Shown here: piece by piece, positions 1 to 13,260 of the stretch
How positions within the stretch are numbered: the first letter of the stretch is position 1
Layout: every line of letters starts with the position of its first letter
Assembly: GCA_964016885.1 (NCBI GenBank)
Contig: OZ024743.1
Location: 229,958,001-230,022,000, forward strand
Direction: 5' to 3'
Origin: Eledone cirrhosa
Lineage: Eukaryota
Length of the DNA stretch: 64,000 nt
Position numbers and translations under genes: made by a program
The notes under the pieces: model-generated
Told to the model about the DNA's origin: nothing
Database searches by the model: none
Seen by the model: the letters and a program-made list of their open reading frames with translations, nothing else

Positions 1-3000
1 ATGGTGGTTGTGGTATTGGTGGTTGTGGTAATGGTGTTTGTGGTTGTGGTAATGGTGGTTGTGGTAATGGTGGTTGTGGTAATGGTGGTTGTGGTAATGG
101 TTTTTGTGGTAATGGTGGTTTTGGTAATGGTGGTTGTGGTATTGGTGGTTGTGGTAATGGTGGTGTGGTAATGGTGGTGTGGTAATGGTGGTTGTGGTAT
201 TGGTGGTTGTGGTAATGGTGGTTGTGGTATTTTGTGGTTGTGGTAATGGTGGTGTGGTAATGGTGGTGTGGTAATGGTGGTTGTGGTACTGGTGGTTGTG
301 GTAATGGTGGTTGTGGTAATGATGGTTGTGGTAATGGTGGTTGTGGTAATGGTAGTTGTGGTATTGGTGGTTGTGGTATTGGTGGTTGTGGTAATGGTGG
401 TTGTGGTAATGGTGGTTGTGGTATTGGTGGTTGCGGTAATGGTGGGTGTGGTAATGGTGGTTGTGGTACTGGTGGTTGTGGTAATGGTGGTTGTGGTAAT
501 GATGGTTGTGGTAATGGTGGTTGTGGTAATGATGTTTGTAGTAATAGTGTTGGTTATGTTTGTGGTATTGGTGGTTATTGTTGTGGTATTGGTGGTTGTG
601 GTACTGCTGTTTGTGCTAATGGGGGTTATGTTTGTGGTAATGATAGTTATGGTTGTGGCAATGGTGGTAGGTGGTAATTGTGGTTTTGGAAATGGTGGTT
701 ATGGTTGTGGTAATTGTAGTTATGGTTGTAGTAATGTTGGTTATGGTTGTGGTAATGCTGGTTGTGGTAATGGTGGTTATGGTTGTGGTAATGGTGGTTA
801 TGGTTGTAGTAATGGTGGTTATGGTTGTGGTAATTGTGGTTGTGGTAATGGTGGTTATGGTTGTGGTAATGGTGGTTATGGTTGTGGTAATGGTGGTTAT
901 GGATGTGGTAATGGTGGCTGGTTGTAATTGTGGTTGTGGTAATGGTGGTTATCGTTGTGGTAATGGTGGTTGTGCTAACGGCGGTTGTGGTAATGGTGGT
1001 TGTGTTAATGGTGGTTGTGGTAATGGTGTTTGTGGTAATGGTGGTTGTGGTAATGGTGGTTGTGGTAATGGTAGTTGTGATAATGGTGGCTGTGGTAATG
1101 GTGGTGGTGGTGGTAATGGTGTTTGTGGTAATGGTGGTTGTGCTAATGGTGGTTGTGGTAATGGTGGTGTGGTAATGGTGTTTGTGGTAATGGTGGTTGT
1201 GGTAATGGTGGTTGTGATAATGGTGGTTGTGATAATGGTGGCTGTGGTAATGGTGGTGTGGTGGTAATGGTGTTTGTGGTAATGGTGGTTGTGGTAATGG
1301 TGGTTGTGGTAATGGTGGTTGTGATAATGGTGGCTGTGGTAATGGTGGTGGTGGTGGTAATGGTGTTTGTGGTAATGGTGGTTGTGGTAATGGTGGTTGT
1401 GGTAATGGTGGTTGTGGTAATGGTGGTTGTGGTATTGGTGGTTGTGGTAATGGTGATTGTGGTATTGGTGGTTGTGGTAATGGTGGTTGTCGTATTGGTG
1501 GTTGTGGTAATGGTGGTTGTGGTAATGGTGGTTGTGGTAATGGTAGTTGTGGTATTGGTGGTTGTGGTAATGGTGGTTGTGGTAATGGTGGTTGTAGTAA
1601 TGGTGGTTGTGGTATTGGTGGTTGTGGTAATGGTGTGTGTGGTTGTGGTAATGGTGGTTGTGGTAATGGTGGTTGTGGTAATGGTGGTTGTGGTAATGGT
1701 TTTTGTGTTAATGGTGGTTGTGGTAATGGTGGTTGTGGTAATTGTGGTTGTGGTAATGGTGGTTGTGGTAATGGTGGTTGTGGTAATGGTGGTTGTGGTA
1801 TTGTTGGTTGTGGTAATGGTGGTGTTGAAATGGTGGTTGTGGTATTGGTGGTTGTGGTAATGGTGATTGTGGTATTGGTGGTTGTGGTAATGGTGGTTGT
1901 GGTATTGGTGGTTGTGGTAATGGTGGTTGTGGTGATGGTGGTTGTGGTAATGGTGGTTGTGGTATTGGTGGTTGTGGTAATGGTGGTTGTGGTAATGGTG
2001 GTTGTGGTATTGGTGGTTGTGATAATGGTGGTTGTGGTTGTAGTAATGGTTGTTGTGGTAATGGTGGTTGTGGTAATGGAGGTTGTGGTATTGGTGGTTG
2101 TGGTAATGGTGATTGTGGTATTGGTGGTTGTGGTAATGGTGGTTGTGGTATTGGTGGTTGTGGTAATGGTGGTTGTGGTAATGGTGGTTGTGGTAATGGT
2201 AGTTGTGGTATTGGTGGTTGTGGTATTGGTGGTTGTGGTAATGGTGGTTGTGGTAATGGTGGTTGTGGTATTGGTGGTTGCGGTAATGGTGGGTGTGGTA
2301 ATGGTGGTTGTAGTAATGGTGGTTGTGGTATTGGTGGTTGTGGTAATGGTGGTTGTGGTAATGGTGGTTGTGGTATTGGTGGTTGTGGTAATGGTGGTTG
2401 TGGTATTGGTGGTTGTGGTAATGGTGGTGTGGTAATGGTGGTGTGGTAATGGTGGTTGTGGTACTGGTGGTTGTGGTAATGGTGGTTGTGGTAATGATGA
2501 TTGTGGTAATGGTGGTTGTGGTAATGATGTTTGTAGTAATGGTGTTGGTTATGTTTGTGGTATTGGTGGTTATTGTTGTGGTATTGGTGGTTGTGGTACT
2601 GCTGTTTGTGCTAATGGGGGTTATGTTTGTGGTAATGATAGTTATGGTTGTGGCAATGGTGGTAGGTGGTAATTGTGGTTTTGGAAATGGTGGTTATGGT
2701 TGTGGTAATTGTAGTTATGGTTGTAGTAATGTTGGTTATGGTTGTGGTAATGCTGGTTGTGGTAATGGTGGTTATGGTTGTGGTAATGGTGGTTATGGTT
2801 GTAGTAATGGTAGTTATGGTTGTGGTAATTGTGGTTGTGGTAATTGTGGTTATGGTTGTGGTAATGGTGGTTATGGTTGTGGTAATGGTGGTTATGGATG
2901 TGGTAATGGTGGCTGGTTGTAATTGTGGTTGTGGTAATGGTGGTTATCGTTGTGGTAATGGTGGTTGTGCTAACGGCGGTTGTGGTAATGGTGGTTGTGT

Positions 3001-3552
3001 TAATGGTGGTTGTGGTAATGGTGTTTGTGGTAATGGTGGTTGTGGTAATGGTGGTTGTGGTAATGGTGGTTGTGATAATGGTGGCTGTGGTAATGGTGGT
3101 GGTGGTGGTAATGGTGTTTGTGGTAATGGTGGTTGTGCTAATGGTGGTTGTGGTAATGGTGGTTGTGGTAATGGTGTTTGTGGTAATGGTTGTTGTGGTA
3201 ATGTTGGTTGTGCTAATGGTGGTTGTGATAAAGGTGGTTCTGGTAATGGTGGTTGTGGTAATGGTGTTTGTGGTAATGGTGGTTGTGGTAATGGTGGTCG
3301 TGGTAATGTTGGTTGTGGTAATGGTGGTTGTGGTAATGGTGGTTGTGGTATTGGTGGTTGTGGTAATGGTGGTTGTGGTATTGGTGGTTGTGGTAATGGT
3401 GGTCGTGGTAATGGTGGTTGTGGTAATGGTGGTTGTGGTATTAGTGGTTGTGGTTATGGTGGTTGTGGTATTGTTGGTTGTGGTATTGGTGGTTGTGGTA
3501 ATGGTGGTCGTGGTAATGGTGGTTGTTGTAATGGTGGTTGTGGTATTTGTGG
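1..3552. repeat. 15-bp minisatellite (GGTAATGGTGGTTGT)n with 21-bp variant blocks and an internal duplication
   Basis: Unit is directly visible. The degenerate block ~448-1165 recurs at ~2443-3160 (offset 1995; ORF-track pairs 671/2666 and 930/2925). Occasional 1-nt indels break the frames. Confidence 0.95.
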
Positions 3553-3689
3553 TTTACTAGCAATGGAAATAAAAATTACCAGGAATATAATGATGTTTAT
3601 TAGTATAATTATGATTCTAATTTCGATGGCATGCTTATTATGATGGATCATGGTGAAGAATGGAAGGAAGATGAAGTGGAATGAAATTA

Positions 3690-4860
3690 TTGTAAATATG
3701 ATGATTGTTATGATAATGGTGATGGCGATGGTGAGGATGATGATGATGATGTTAGTGGTTTTGGCTGTTCATGATGTTAATGATGGTGATTACTATGAAT
3801 TAGATGCAGCCGATTTAGTTGTAGTTGCAGATATAAGACTGTAGTTACCTATGTTACACTTTGTTACTTTCTTTTGCTGCTGATATAGCTACTGCTTCTG
3901 TTTCTGGTGGCGTTGGTGTTGTTGGTGGTGTTGTTGCTGGTGTTATTGTCGTTGTTGCAGGTGGTTGTGTTCATAATTTTGCTGGTTGTGATGGAGTGGT
4001 TGTTGATGCTTTTGGTGATTCTGCTGAGCTGGTTACTGTTTTGTTACTCCTGTTATTGTTGTTAATAACAATGTTACTCTTCTTACTTAGTCTTAGTATT
4101 GTTGTCGATTTAATTAGCATTTCATCCACCAACTGTCGGCCAAAATACCACCAGGAGCAACCGTCAACCACCAACACCCAAATAACCACCCCAACCAGCA
4201 TCATAAACATCAACAACCAACAAACCCAACGCCATCGCCACAACGACAACACCCTTGAACACAATCTACCAATGTTCCACCCACCACTATCTCCACTACC
4301 ATTAATACCGTCCGACCTGACGTAGCCTAGGAACCAGAACAGAAAACGCTTTTACAGACAAGCCATACGTGTGCTAACCATTTATTTCATCTTTTGTCTG
4401 AAGAATGATACTGCTGTTGGGGATAATGGGAATAAAGGTGGTAGCGATGTTCGTGGTTGTTGTAATGGCGATGGTGATGATGAAGGCGGCGGTATTGGTT
4501 GTAGTAATGGTTGAAATAATAGTTGTGATGGTAGTGATGATTGTAGTAATGTTTGTGATAATAGTAACAGTGGGGATAATGGTAATGATGACGGTGATCG
4601 GGAAAATAGCTGTGGAAATTGTGATCATGATAGTGGTAACGATCATGGTTATGATAATGGTGGCTATGATAATAGTAATGGTGGTGATGGTTGTGTTTGT
4701 GGTAATTATGGTGGCAATAGTGATAGTTGTGGTGACAATGATAATTATGATGGTGGTGGTGATGATGTGGCAATAATAATATTGATTGTACATGTGGTAG
4801 TATTGGTGGTAATGGTAATTACGACGGTGGCAGTGATGATGTTTGTGGTAATGGTGATAA
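3690..4860. repeat. Degenerate trinucleotide low-complexity region (GAT/GGT/GTT and CAA/CCA)
   Basis: Triplet-periodic, strand-biased sequence; its ORFs are V/M/T/I/H-rich artefacts. Confidence 0.8.
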
Positions 4861-5047
4861 TAATTGTTTCTAGTTTGGACACAAGGCCAGCAATTATCCC
4901 AGAGTATTACTGGAGCTTTATTTTATCGACCCCGTAAGGATGAAAGGCAAAGTTAACCTCGGCATGATTTGAACTCAGACCATAAAGGGCTGTGACTCTT
5001 TGCTGCAAAGCCTGGCGTCAGACTCACTACCGATACTGCCAATCCAC
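4860..5047 (-). mobile_element. tRNA-derived SINE family A (Meta/MESC-like core)
   Basis: Minus strand has A box TGGCAGTATCGG, B box GAGTTCAAATC, core CTTTGCCTTTCATCCTTACGGGGTCGATAAAATAAAG and tail AGAAACAATTAT. Many copies in the window. The core-domain name is from memory. Confidence 0.9.
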
Positions 5048-5607
5048 AAGAGTAGTCATGGTTGGTTGTTGTCATTGTCGCTGTAGTGAAGCTTGTAAAG
5101 GCAATGGGCATATTGGCGGTGGCGATTGTGTTTATGGGGATGGTAGTAGAGGTCGTTATTGTCATTCTTGTTGTAATACTAATTGTGTTGTTTATAAGCA
5201 TGCAATGGCTGACTTATTGATGCAGTATTAATAAGTCGTTCTGCTGGTGTGGCATTCTAGGTGTATATCTGTGTTGTTTTGTGTGTAAAGTACGCATTTT
5301 TACATACTACAATTTACCACATACACCTGTGTATTTATCACACCTTTTCTACCAAAATACGACGTGGAAATCTTACATGCTATCCATTTACTCCGATCGA
5401 CAAAATATATATTGTAAACATACGGCACATCTTAAATGATGTATGCAAAATGGTGGTGTGATTTATACACGATTGTATATGGAATATATGTGCATCTGTG
5501 TAAGTTAAGGGTAAATATGGGCATATATGCCAATTTAAGAGTAGTTAAGGGAAGCTATACATGTTTACAGGTTTGTCTGTATTCATATATTTACATGTAT
5601 GTATAGG

Positions 5608-5665
<58 letters not shown>

Positions 5666-5891
5666 CGCACACACACTCACGTACATGCGCGTTTGTTTGC
5701 GTGTATACGTGTTCGGATCTACAAATGTGTACAATGATATATGGTTATATGTTCCTACGTATGCATATATAGATGTCTATGAATACATGCGTTGTATCTA
5801 GTTCTTACACCATACCCCCTCTCTCTCTCCATCACTCACTCTATGTATGCGTGTATGTGTATAAGAGAATATATATATATATATATATATA

Positions 5892-8181
5892 GTTTCGTTA
5901 ACAAATATATCAATATGCCCAGACATGCAGATATATTGCCCTTGGTATGACAGTGTGGCTTTAGCTCATTGTAGGATAACTAGTATACTACAGAGCCGTT
6001 ATAGTTATAGGAATAACCAAAGAGTGCTTAGAAATACATTATTTTATTAGCTAACAGTGTTTCATCCATACCCCATGGCAGGAATCACCAGATCCTATAA
6101 ACAAGTGTATATCAGTAGTTGCATGCTCCATCGAGCTGCGTCACCAGAACAAGGTCCCAGCAGGGGTCCCGAGGCCAGCGCTATATGGAACAAGAAAGAA
6201 TACATGGTGCACATAATGTCATAAAATGTCTTAAAAAATTTAAAAATTACACTAAAAATGTATCACTTAAATCGTGCAATAGATGATAAAGAGGTTGGAG
6301 AGGGTAGCAAGGGATGAGTGAAGGTATTTCTCAGCATGATCAGAAACAATAAGAAAATAATAAAAAAGTACAAAAATACAGGGATAAGAAAAGAGATAAA
6401 TATAAAAATACAAAACAATAATGGAACAACAAGCCCGGCAACCTCCCAAAATATAAGACAAAGCAAAGCATAGATACATCAAAGCACAAGCAGTGCAAAA
6501 ACAGGGTGTACAGGCAGATTAAGAGAGTTTTCAAGCATGAGTCTGTGAAAAGAATAGTTGGTTAGCAGTGGTGCAGCCTTACATGTATGATAGTCCATAT
6601 GAGGTACTCCAAATATATCGCCATGTAACAGGTTGATTCTCCTCATCATATCCGCACCTTACGAACCACATCGATATGCTCCAGTTCCGAACGTTAAGTG
6701 AGATAACACTATTTTTTCAAAACCTATACCCAGGGGATTTATCACAATAGGCGGTCTGGGATATATACCTAAAATCTAAAATAAAAAATAAAAGAAAGTA
6801 CGACGAGTTAAAGAAATGTATGGTACATACAGCCGGCACAGATGTGAGGAAATTGAAAACACGCCAGGTCCGCAGAAACTGGCATTCCCCAAAATCCTCA
6901 CGTTCGGTCGCTCAATCCAACGTGCCAGGTGAAATTCACTGTATGTCCAAGTTGGCGTTCAACCAATGTATCGTACCGCATACAACTATAACACAGTAAA
7001 TACAAATCGTGATGGCTATCCCGTTACATATAGAGAAAAAGTGTATATAGGAAACTCCGCTTCCAGAATCACATATGGCAGAATGAGCAGATAATGTTAT
7101 AATAATAGGCGGGCTTATTATAGTGAGTGCAAATTTCTGTAGAATATATAGATATATATAGACGAGAGAACTCACAGCCAAACCTGTCAATGACAGTTAT
7201 GTTATTTATATGTCCACCACGTAGTTTTCGTTTAGATTATTGACTCCGGAGGTTGCAATCCATTCACAGTCGTGTGTGACCCCTCCTGGGTCGACGGGAG
7301 TTCAATATCCAGTGCTGCACTTTGCCTTGAGTGTGGTTCTATAATTCATCAAATCTGGATCACAATACATATTCAACTAACTCTAACTTTCAAAGATTAG
7401 TCTCTCGCTAGTAACACATAACGGTAGTCCGAATATAAACACAGGAAGTGGCAGTGTACCTATGAAAGTTATGGGAGGTAATTCGCGTCATAAAGGGCGG
7501 ATTCATTAGATATCCAACGGGATGCTAGGGGCGAGTCTTTTGTTTGATTCGAAGCCCTCAGCGATCCACCACCCCTTCCCCCCGAGGCTTGGTCGATTCA
7601 GCGGCGCCGAGCCCACACGATTTGCTACCATAGTTCACTATATTAGGTTAGATCTATTACACACTTTAGGGTTAAGGTTAACTAGACCCCGGGTGCCCAA
7701 TTCACCCGCTTTATAGCTGCGGTGGGGTTTTCTGGGGTTTCGACAGACTATTGTGCTGTGCTATCAGTTAGCGCACAATGGGTGTGTTTATAAACCATAC
7801 TAACATGGTTAGTGTGGGTATGTACCTATATAGGGTCAAACTGTGCTAGGTATAGTGAAAAGCCTTAAGTAGGTTCTACCCCAGGGTTCCTGGCGTGTGG
7901 TCCAATAAGATGAACTAGGAAAGAGAGGAAGAAAAGTAAGAGAGGGGGAGAAGAGAAGGGGTATTAGAGTAGTCTATATACACCTGAAGGGCAGTTATCG
8001 TCACAAAGGAACCAGGATGCAGAGCGGCGTGGTTTTACGTAGGCCAGACAGATGGAGCATGCAACTACTGATATACACTTGTTTATAGGCTCTGATGATT
8101 CCTGTAATGGGGTATGGATGAAACAATGTTAGCAAATAAAACAATGTATTTCTAAGCACTCGTTGGTTATTCCTATAACTA

Positions 8182-8185
<4 letters not shown>
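5892..8185. mobile_element. 2.3 kb non-coding element between (TA)n tracts with 135-bp hammerhead-bearing inverted repeats
   Basis: 5998-6132 is the reverse complement of 8051-8185 with scattered mismatches. There is a ~106-bp one-sided tail at 5892-5997 and (TA)n on both sides. Confidence 0.8.
8082..8140 (+). ncRNA. Type I hammerhead ribozyme motif
   Basis: gct-CTGATGA(8092-8098)-ttcc..ggat-GAAAC-aat-GTT-agc. Stem I gct/agc is extended by tttat/ataaa. The mirror copy at 6043-6101(-) has a mutated core (CTGGTGA). Confidence 0.7.
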
Positions 8186-8227
<42 letters not shown>

Positions 8228-9669
8228 TGCATGTATGTGTGTATGATAGTGTATGTGTGCTGAACACACACTGTGTTTCCCATCGCTCGCTGACCTCTCA
8301 CTTATTTCACACGGAAACATTGCGTGATTTCAACGCCATTGTGAATATTTGCGTGTCTCTTAAAAAACATTTGGTGTTGATAATGTGGGTGATAACGGTA
8401 TGTAGACTAACCGATGTGATGTTTGGTTTGGGGGTTGGATTTTTGACATAGGAGGTTTTCCTCTATGTATGTTTGCTAGTATATTTATATATGTGTGTGT
8501 GTGTGTATTGACAAGATTGTGATGATAGGTGGTGCTATGCTTTATGTGAGTGACAGTTACCCGTTGATTAGGTGGAGGGAAGGAGGATGGATTCATTATG
8601 ATGATGATGTTTGTCAAGACGGTTATGAGTTGGTATGCTTTATTTCCTATGTATTATGATTACATGGTGTATATAATTCCTTCTTCGGTTGTCTATGTGT
8701 ATTTTTGTGTGAAATGTTTTGATTTTTTTTTTTTTTTGTACCTTGATTATATTTTATTGAGCTGTAGAATTGGAAATAAGATAATGGCGATAATTCCATA
8801 TTTCCTTCATTTTTTTCTTTTTTTTTTACTGATATTGGTTTTGGTCATGTTAGCCGTTGTTTTTCTTTTTTCTTTTGCTAGTTTCTTCATTGCTCAACCC
8901 GATATCTTTTAACGAAGAGTTTCAGCCATAATCATAGTCTTCAGTTAAGGCACAATATACCTTCAATATACATTTCGTTTTGCTTTTAATGGTAAAATGT
9001 CATTGAATGGTGATTCTATTGCCATTTCTAGCGATTTGAGTGACCAGGTTCCGGTCCCTACAGTGGGTCGTGCTGTTGAGGGTAATTTCAGTGTGTGCCT
9101 TTTATTGATGTTGTATTGTTGTTTGAGATTATTGTTGTTTGCTATTGGTTGTAATCACACTAATTATGATGGCAATTATAGAACTGTTGGTGGTTGAGAG
9201 ATCAGAAGTGTCAGTACACAATATCGTGGAGGAAGCCTAATATTGCATACAAATTCGGAGTTGTTTCCTTCACATACCAAACCAAATAATAATGTTAGCT
9301 AACCCCTAATATTTTCCCTAATGACAACATATAAGATGTCAGTAGAGCAATATGCTGTAACATCTGTCTCGTGTTGATAATGACAACGAGACAGTTCAAA
9401 TAGAAATGTGATGATATCTCCGTCTCTGTCACATCACTGTATCTTCTCTCTTTCTCACTCTTTCGTTTCTTCTGATTCACAAGCTGTCGGTTTCTATTAC
9501 TGACGGGCAAATATGTCCACCCAGCTACACTTTGTATGTAACAGTTCTAGTCCTGTAGAAATCATTTGTGCATAAAATAAATATGCTTATTCCCTACAAA
9601 TGTACTAAGTACCTTCTTTAACTCTGAGTTTCCACCGATCATCTTTGAAAACCATCCTTAAATATATAT

Positions 9670-9797
9670 ATTTGATGATTTCTAAAGAATGAAACATTTC
9701 TAGTCCTGTAGAATCTCATCTATATTAAAACTTTTATACCCTGCTATGTATTGAGTACCTTACTTACTGTGGTTACCTCCGATTCAACCCGGAATAC
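9670..9797 (+). mobile_element. Hammerhead-like mini-element family F7 (degenerate core TTGATGA..GAAACATTTC) plus tail
   Basis: Homologous to 18651-18836 and 24149-24290; partial direct copy at 9541-9567; lies next to (TA)n. Confidence 0.65.
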
Positions 9798-9803
9798 CTT
9801 ACC

Positions 9804-9922
<119 letters not shown>

Positions 9923-9990
9923 TGTGTGTGTGCACGCGCGCGTTTTTCTAAAAGAATATTTCTGTTGATAAAAAAATTTAATCTATTCAT

Positions 9991-10093
9991 ATAATTGTTT
10001 CTACTTTAGGCACAAGGGCAGCAATTACCCAGTACATTACTGGTACTTTATTTTATCGACCCCGTAAGGATGAAAGGCAAAGTTAACCTCGGC
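9991..10093 (-). mobile_element. SINE family A, 5'-truncated
   Basis: Core and tail match other copies; tRNA head absent. Confidence 0.9.
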
Positions 10094-11147
10094 AATGTTA
10101 TGTTATTTAGCATTAGATCACCACTGAATAAATAAACAGCTTTATCAATACAATCCGTGAGTAATTATGCTCGCTTTCCCCACATATACTTAACGAAAGC
10201 CACTTTATGGAACATGCCATTCGATTCTTATAGGTTAGTGTAATTTTTTGAGGCAGATCTGTTTGACTGCTATTTCAAGCAGGTCGAATGATCGGATAGA
10301 TGTGTTCCCGCTGTGTGTCAAGCCATGATGAATAAGGGAAAAATAGAAAGTACCTAGTCTCAAGAATTGCAATGTTGAAATGACGGACTATAAAAATATG
10401 AGCTTTTCATGTTTACACGAATAATATGCGTTGATGCATTGTTAGGTTGCCTACGAAATGATGTGGGTCACAATAGATCCTAGACTCCTTCTGAATCGTT
10501 AGATCTGTTGCACAACTGACGGACTATATGTCGACATGTCATTAATGTTTTAATCTTACGGGTAATAATTTTATCAAAGCTACCTCGATCGGTAACGACG
10601 CTAAAATTTAATCAATTCATATCCCGGATGTGCTTCACGCAGTGCATTTATTGTATATTAGCTTATAGAGAGGAATTGCTTTACTATAGAATAAAAGGTT
10701 ATAAATATATTCATAAATGTACATGGTTTATGATAATATTAGCACAGAGAAGTTCAGAAATATAGAAAGAGTAAAATAATGAAAGAGAAAAAAAAATCGA
10801 ATCGTACATGAGATTATGATTCAAACTGAAGGAGCCTGCTTTAATTTTAGCGTCTCATAAAATTAGAAATGTTTTTTCTTTCCTCTCAAATGTTTTTTCC
10901 ACATGTTAAATACTCACCGGTGCTTAAGATGTTTTCAACAGAAATATTAATCTGTAGATATTGTTGCCATTTTCTGCTTATCACATTAATATTTACATGG
11001 CTAATTTCATTTATGTATTTCAATACTATCAAACATACTTATACATTCATACACACACAAACACATAAATATATATACATGTATATATATATAAATAAAC
11101 ATATACACATATAAATATTATATATGCTTAAATACTCACACACTCGC

Positions 11148-11220
<73 letters not shown>

Positions 11221-11352
11221 AAAAATGGATATTCAATTCGTTGGTAATTCAACAAATATAAATGTTTAAAAGATCCCTTAACGGTATCTTGAAAAACTTG
11301 AACCGTAAAGTATCTTTTCTTGGTTATGTCAAAATTTATAAAAACAACTTTG

Positions 11353-11413
11353 TATTTTATCTGATGAAAGCGTATCAAAGTTTTGGTACCCTTGAAATAT
11401 ATATAATAGAATA
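11353..11413 (+). ncRNA. Type I hammerhead ribozyme motif in a ~240-bp island between (TA)n tracts
   Basis: Stem I TATTTTAT/ATAGAATA; CTGATGA at 11361-11367; stem II aag.gtatcaaa/tttggtac.ctt; GAAA-TATATA-TA (AUA triplet, palindromic loop). Confidence 0.75.
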
Positions 11414-11540
11414 AATATGGTTTTATAAATATAGTTTCCATTTATTAAATATCATTGTATATATATATAATATATATATATTTATATGAGCATATATATT
11501 TACATGAGCATATATATATATATGTGTATATACATATGAG

Positions 11541-11572
<32 letters not shown>

Positions 11573-11613
11573 TATATATATACATACACACACATACACA
11601 CACATATGTATAT

Positions 11614-11644
<31 letters not shown>

Positions 11645-11666
11645 CATACACACACACACACACACT

Positions 11667-11726
<60 letters not shown>

Positions 11727-11732
11727 AAGAAA

Positions 11733-11866
11733 ATAGATAACTCCCGACCACTGTCCCAAGCGGTTTCGATTTGTATGTTCAGAAAGTTTTTTCAAACCAC
11801 TCAGAAAGCCTGTCTGAACACACAGACCGAAACCGCTTGGCGCCGTGGACGAGCTCATACCTATCT
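11733..11866. repeat. Fold-back containing a hammerhead 3' half
   Basis: Arms CCAAGCGGTTTCG../..CGAAACCGCTTGG. The left arm on minus reads GAAACCGCT-tgggac-AGTGGTC (stem III + GUC). The CUGANGA core is not intact. Confidence 0.5.
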
Positions 11867-12469
11867 CTATATGCATTCTCCATCGCTCCATTCATTAAAT
11901 AATCCCATGATTTGTGGTCTCTTCGGTCTTAGTACCACACACATACAATTGGACTGTTGAAGTCTACAGACGTGTTTTTTAAAGACTCTCCTAAACTCAC
12001 AGAACCTAACATTATCTCTCTTCTGAAACCCCGGAAAATATAATTTGTGACTACGTGTTTACCCACAAACTTGTAGTTACGGATTTTAACTGCAAAACTT
12101 CAATTTCAGCATATATTATTATTATAATATACACTTGTTTTTTAATGTAACCTAATAACCAAAATGTCATACACATACGAAAGAGTATTAAGAAAAAAAA
12201 ATGTAAAATCAACACGTTTAAAACAAAAGAAATTAGTCTGAGAATGAAAGTGTATAGTTTTGTCTCTCCCAACAGAAAATATAGACGCTTCATGTCTAAA
12301 TCGAATTGGTGATAATAACCGCCCAAATGTTTATAATACGCAGACGGTGAAGCAGATTCAAAGCAAAATTAATCATATTCAGGTCTCATTCAAATATATA
12401 AATAGAGACACACCCAAACCCATACGTACATATAAATAAATATAAATAAATATATATTTATATATATAT

Positions 12470-13128
12470 AAACAATTAAGTTAAAAATGTACATCCATAT
12501 ATGTATACTGAAATACTAGTATGCATATGAATACACACACGTATACATATGTAGATGTACCAAGTCTTTCACTGGTTACTTTACTGTGAGTATCCAGCTA
12601 TTCTGTATGTAAACACACAGACAAACCGGTTTTTAGAGTCATACTGGTTTTTGAGGAAACACCTTTCCTCTATTCTCCAGAAAGCCAGACAAGGAATATT
12701 GAACTAGTTTCGTTGTTGTTACAACTCATCAGCAATATTTACCTATCTACCGGTCTTTCTGGAGAATCGTAAAAGCACATATCGTTATATGCTTTTTCTA
12801 TGAAAATTAGTAGTGGACAGACTAATTTGCATAGAGTGTGAGTACGTACCGGTTCAACGGAGACGATAAAAACAAATAACGAAACGAAATTAAATTTCGT
12901 TTCGTTTGTAACTCACTTTTGTATGACTGACGCTTAAACAATTAAGTTAAAAATGTACATCCATATATGTATACTGAAATACTAGTATGCATATGAATAC
13001 ACACACGTATACATATGTAGATGTACCAAGTCTTTCACTGGTTACTTTACTGTGAGTATTTGTTTAAGCGTCAGTCATACAAAAGTGAGTTACAAACGAA
13101 ACGAAATTTAATTTCGTTTCGTTATTTG

Positions 13129-13134
<6 letters not shown>
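12470..13134 (-). mobile_element. Retrozyme-like element: 466-bp unit with 124-bp terminal redundancy and a 75-bp inverted segment, inside TA-rich microsatellite
   Basis: 12470-12593 is identical to 12936-13059; 12867-12941 is the reverse complement of 13060-13134; internal hammerhead present. Confidence 0.8.
12695..12739 (-). ncRNA. Minimal type I hammerhead ribozyme
   Basis: Minus strand AATATTG-CTGATGA-GTTGT aac(a) ACAAC-GAAAC-TA-GTT-CAATATT. Perfect 7-bp stem I, palindromic ACTAGT loop, and distal pairing TTCTCCAGAAAG/CTTTCTGGAGAA. Confidence 0.85.
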
Positions 13135-13206
<72 letters not shown>

Positions 13207-13222
13207 TAAATAAATATATATT

Positions 13223-13257
<35 letters not shown>

Positions 13258-13260
<3 letters not shown>

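Noticed and set aside
8905-8950. Additional hammerhead-like string CTGAAGA..GAAAC..GTT on minus; similar weak cases near 46205-46245, 46500-46560 and 60435-60500
   Set aside because: Stem I does not close or the cleavage triplet is missing, so these are not distinguishable from chance.
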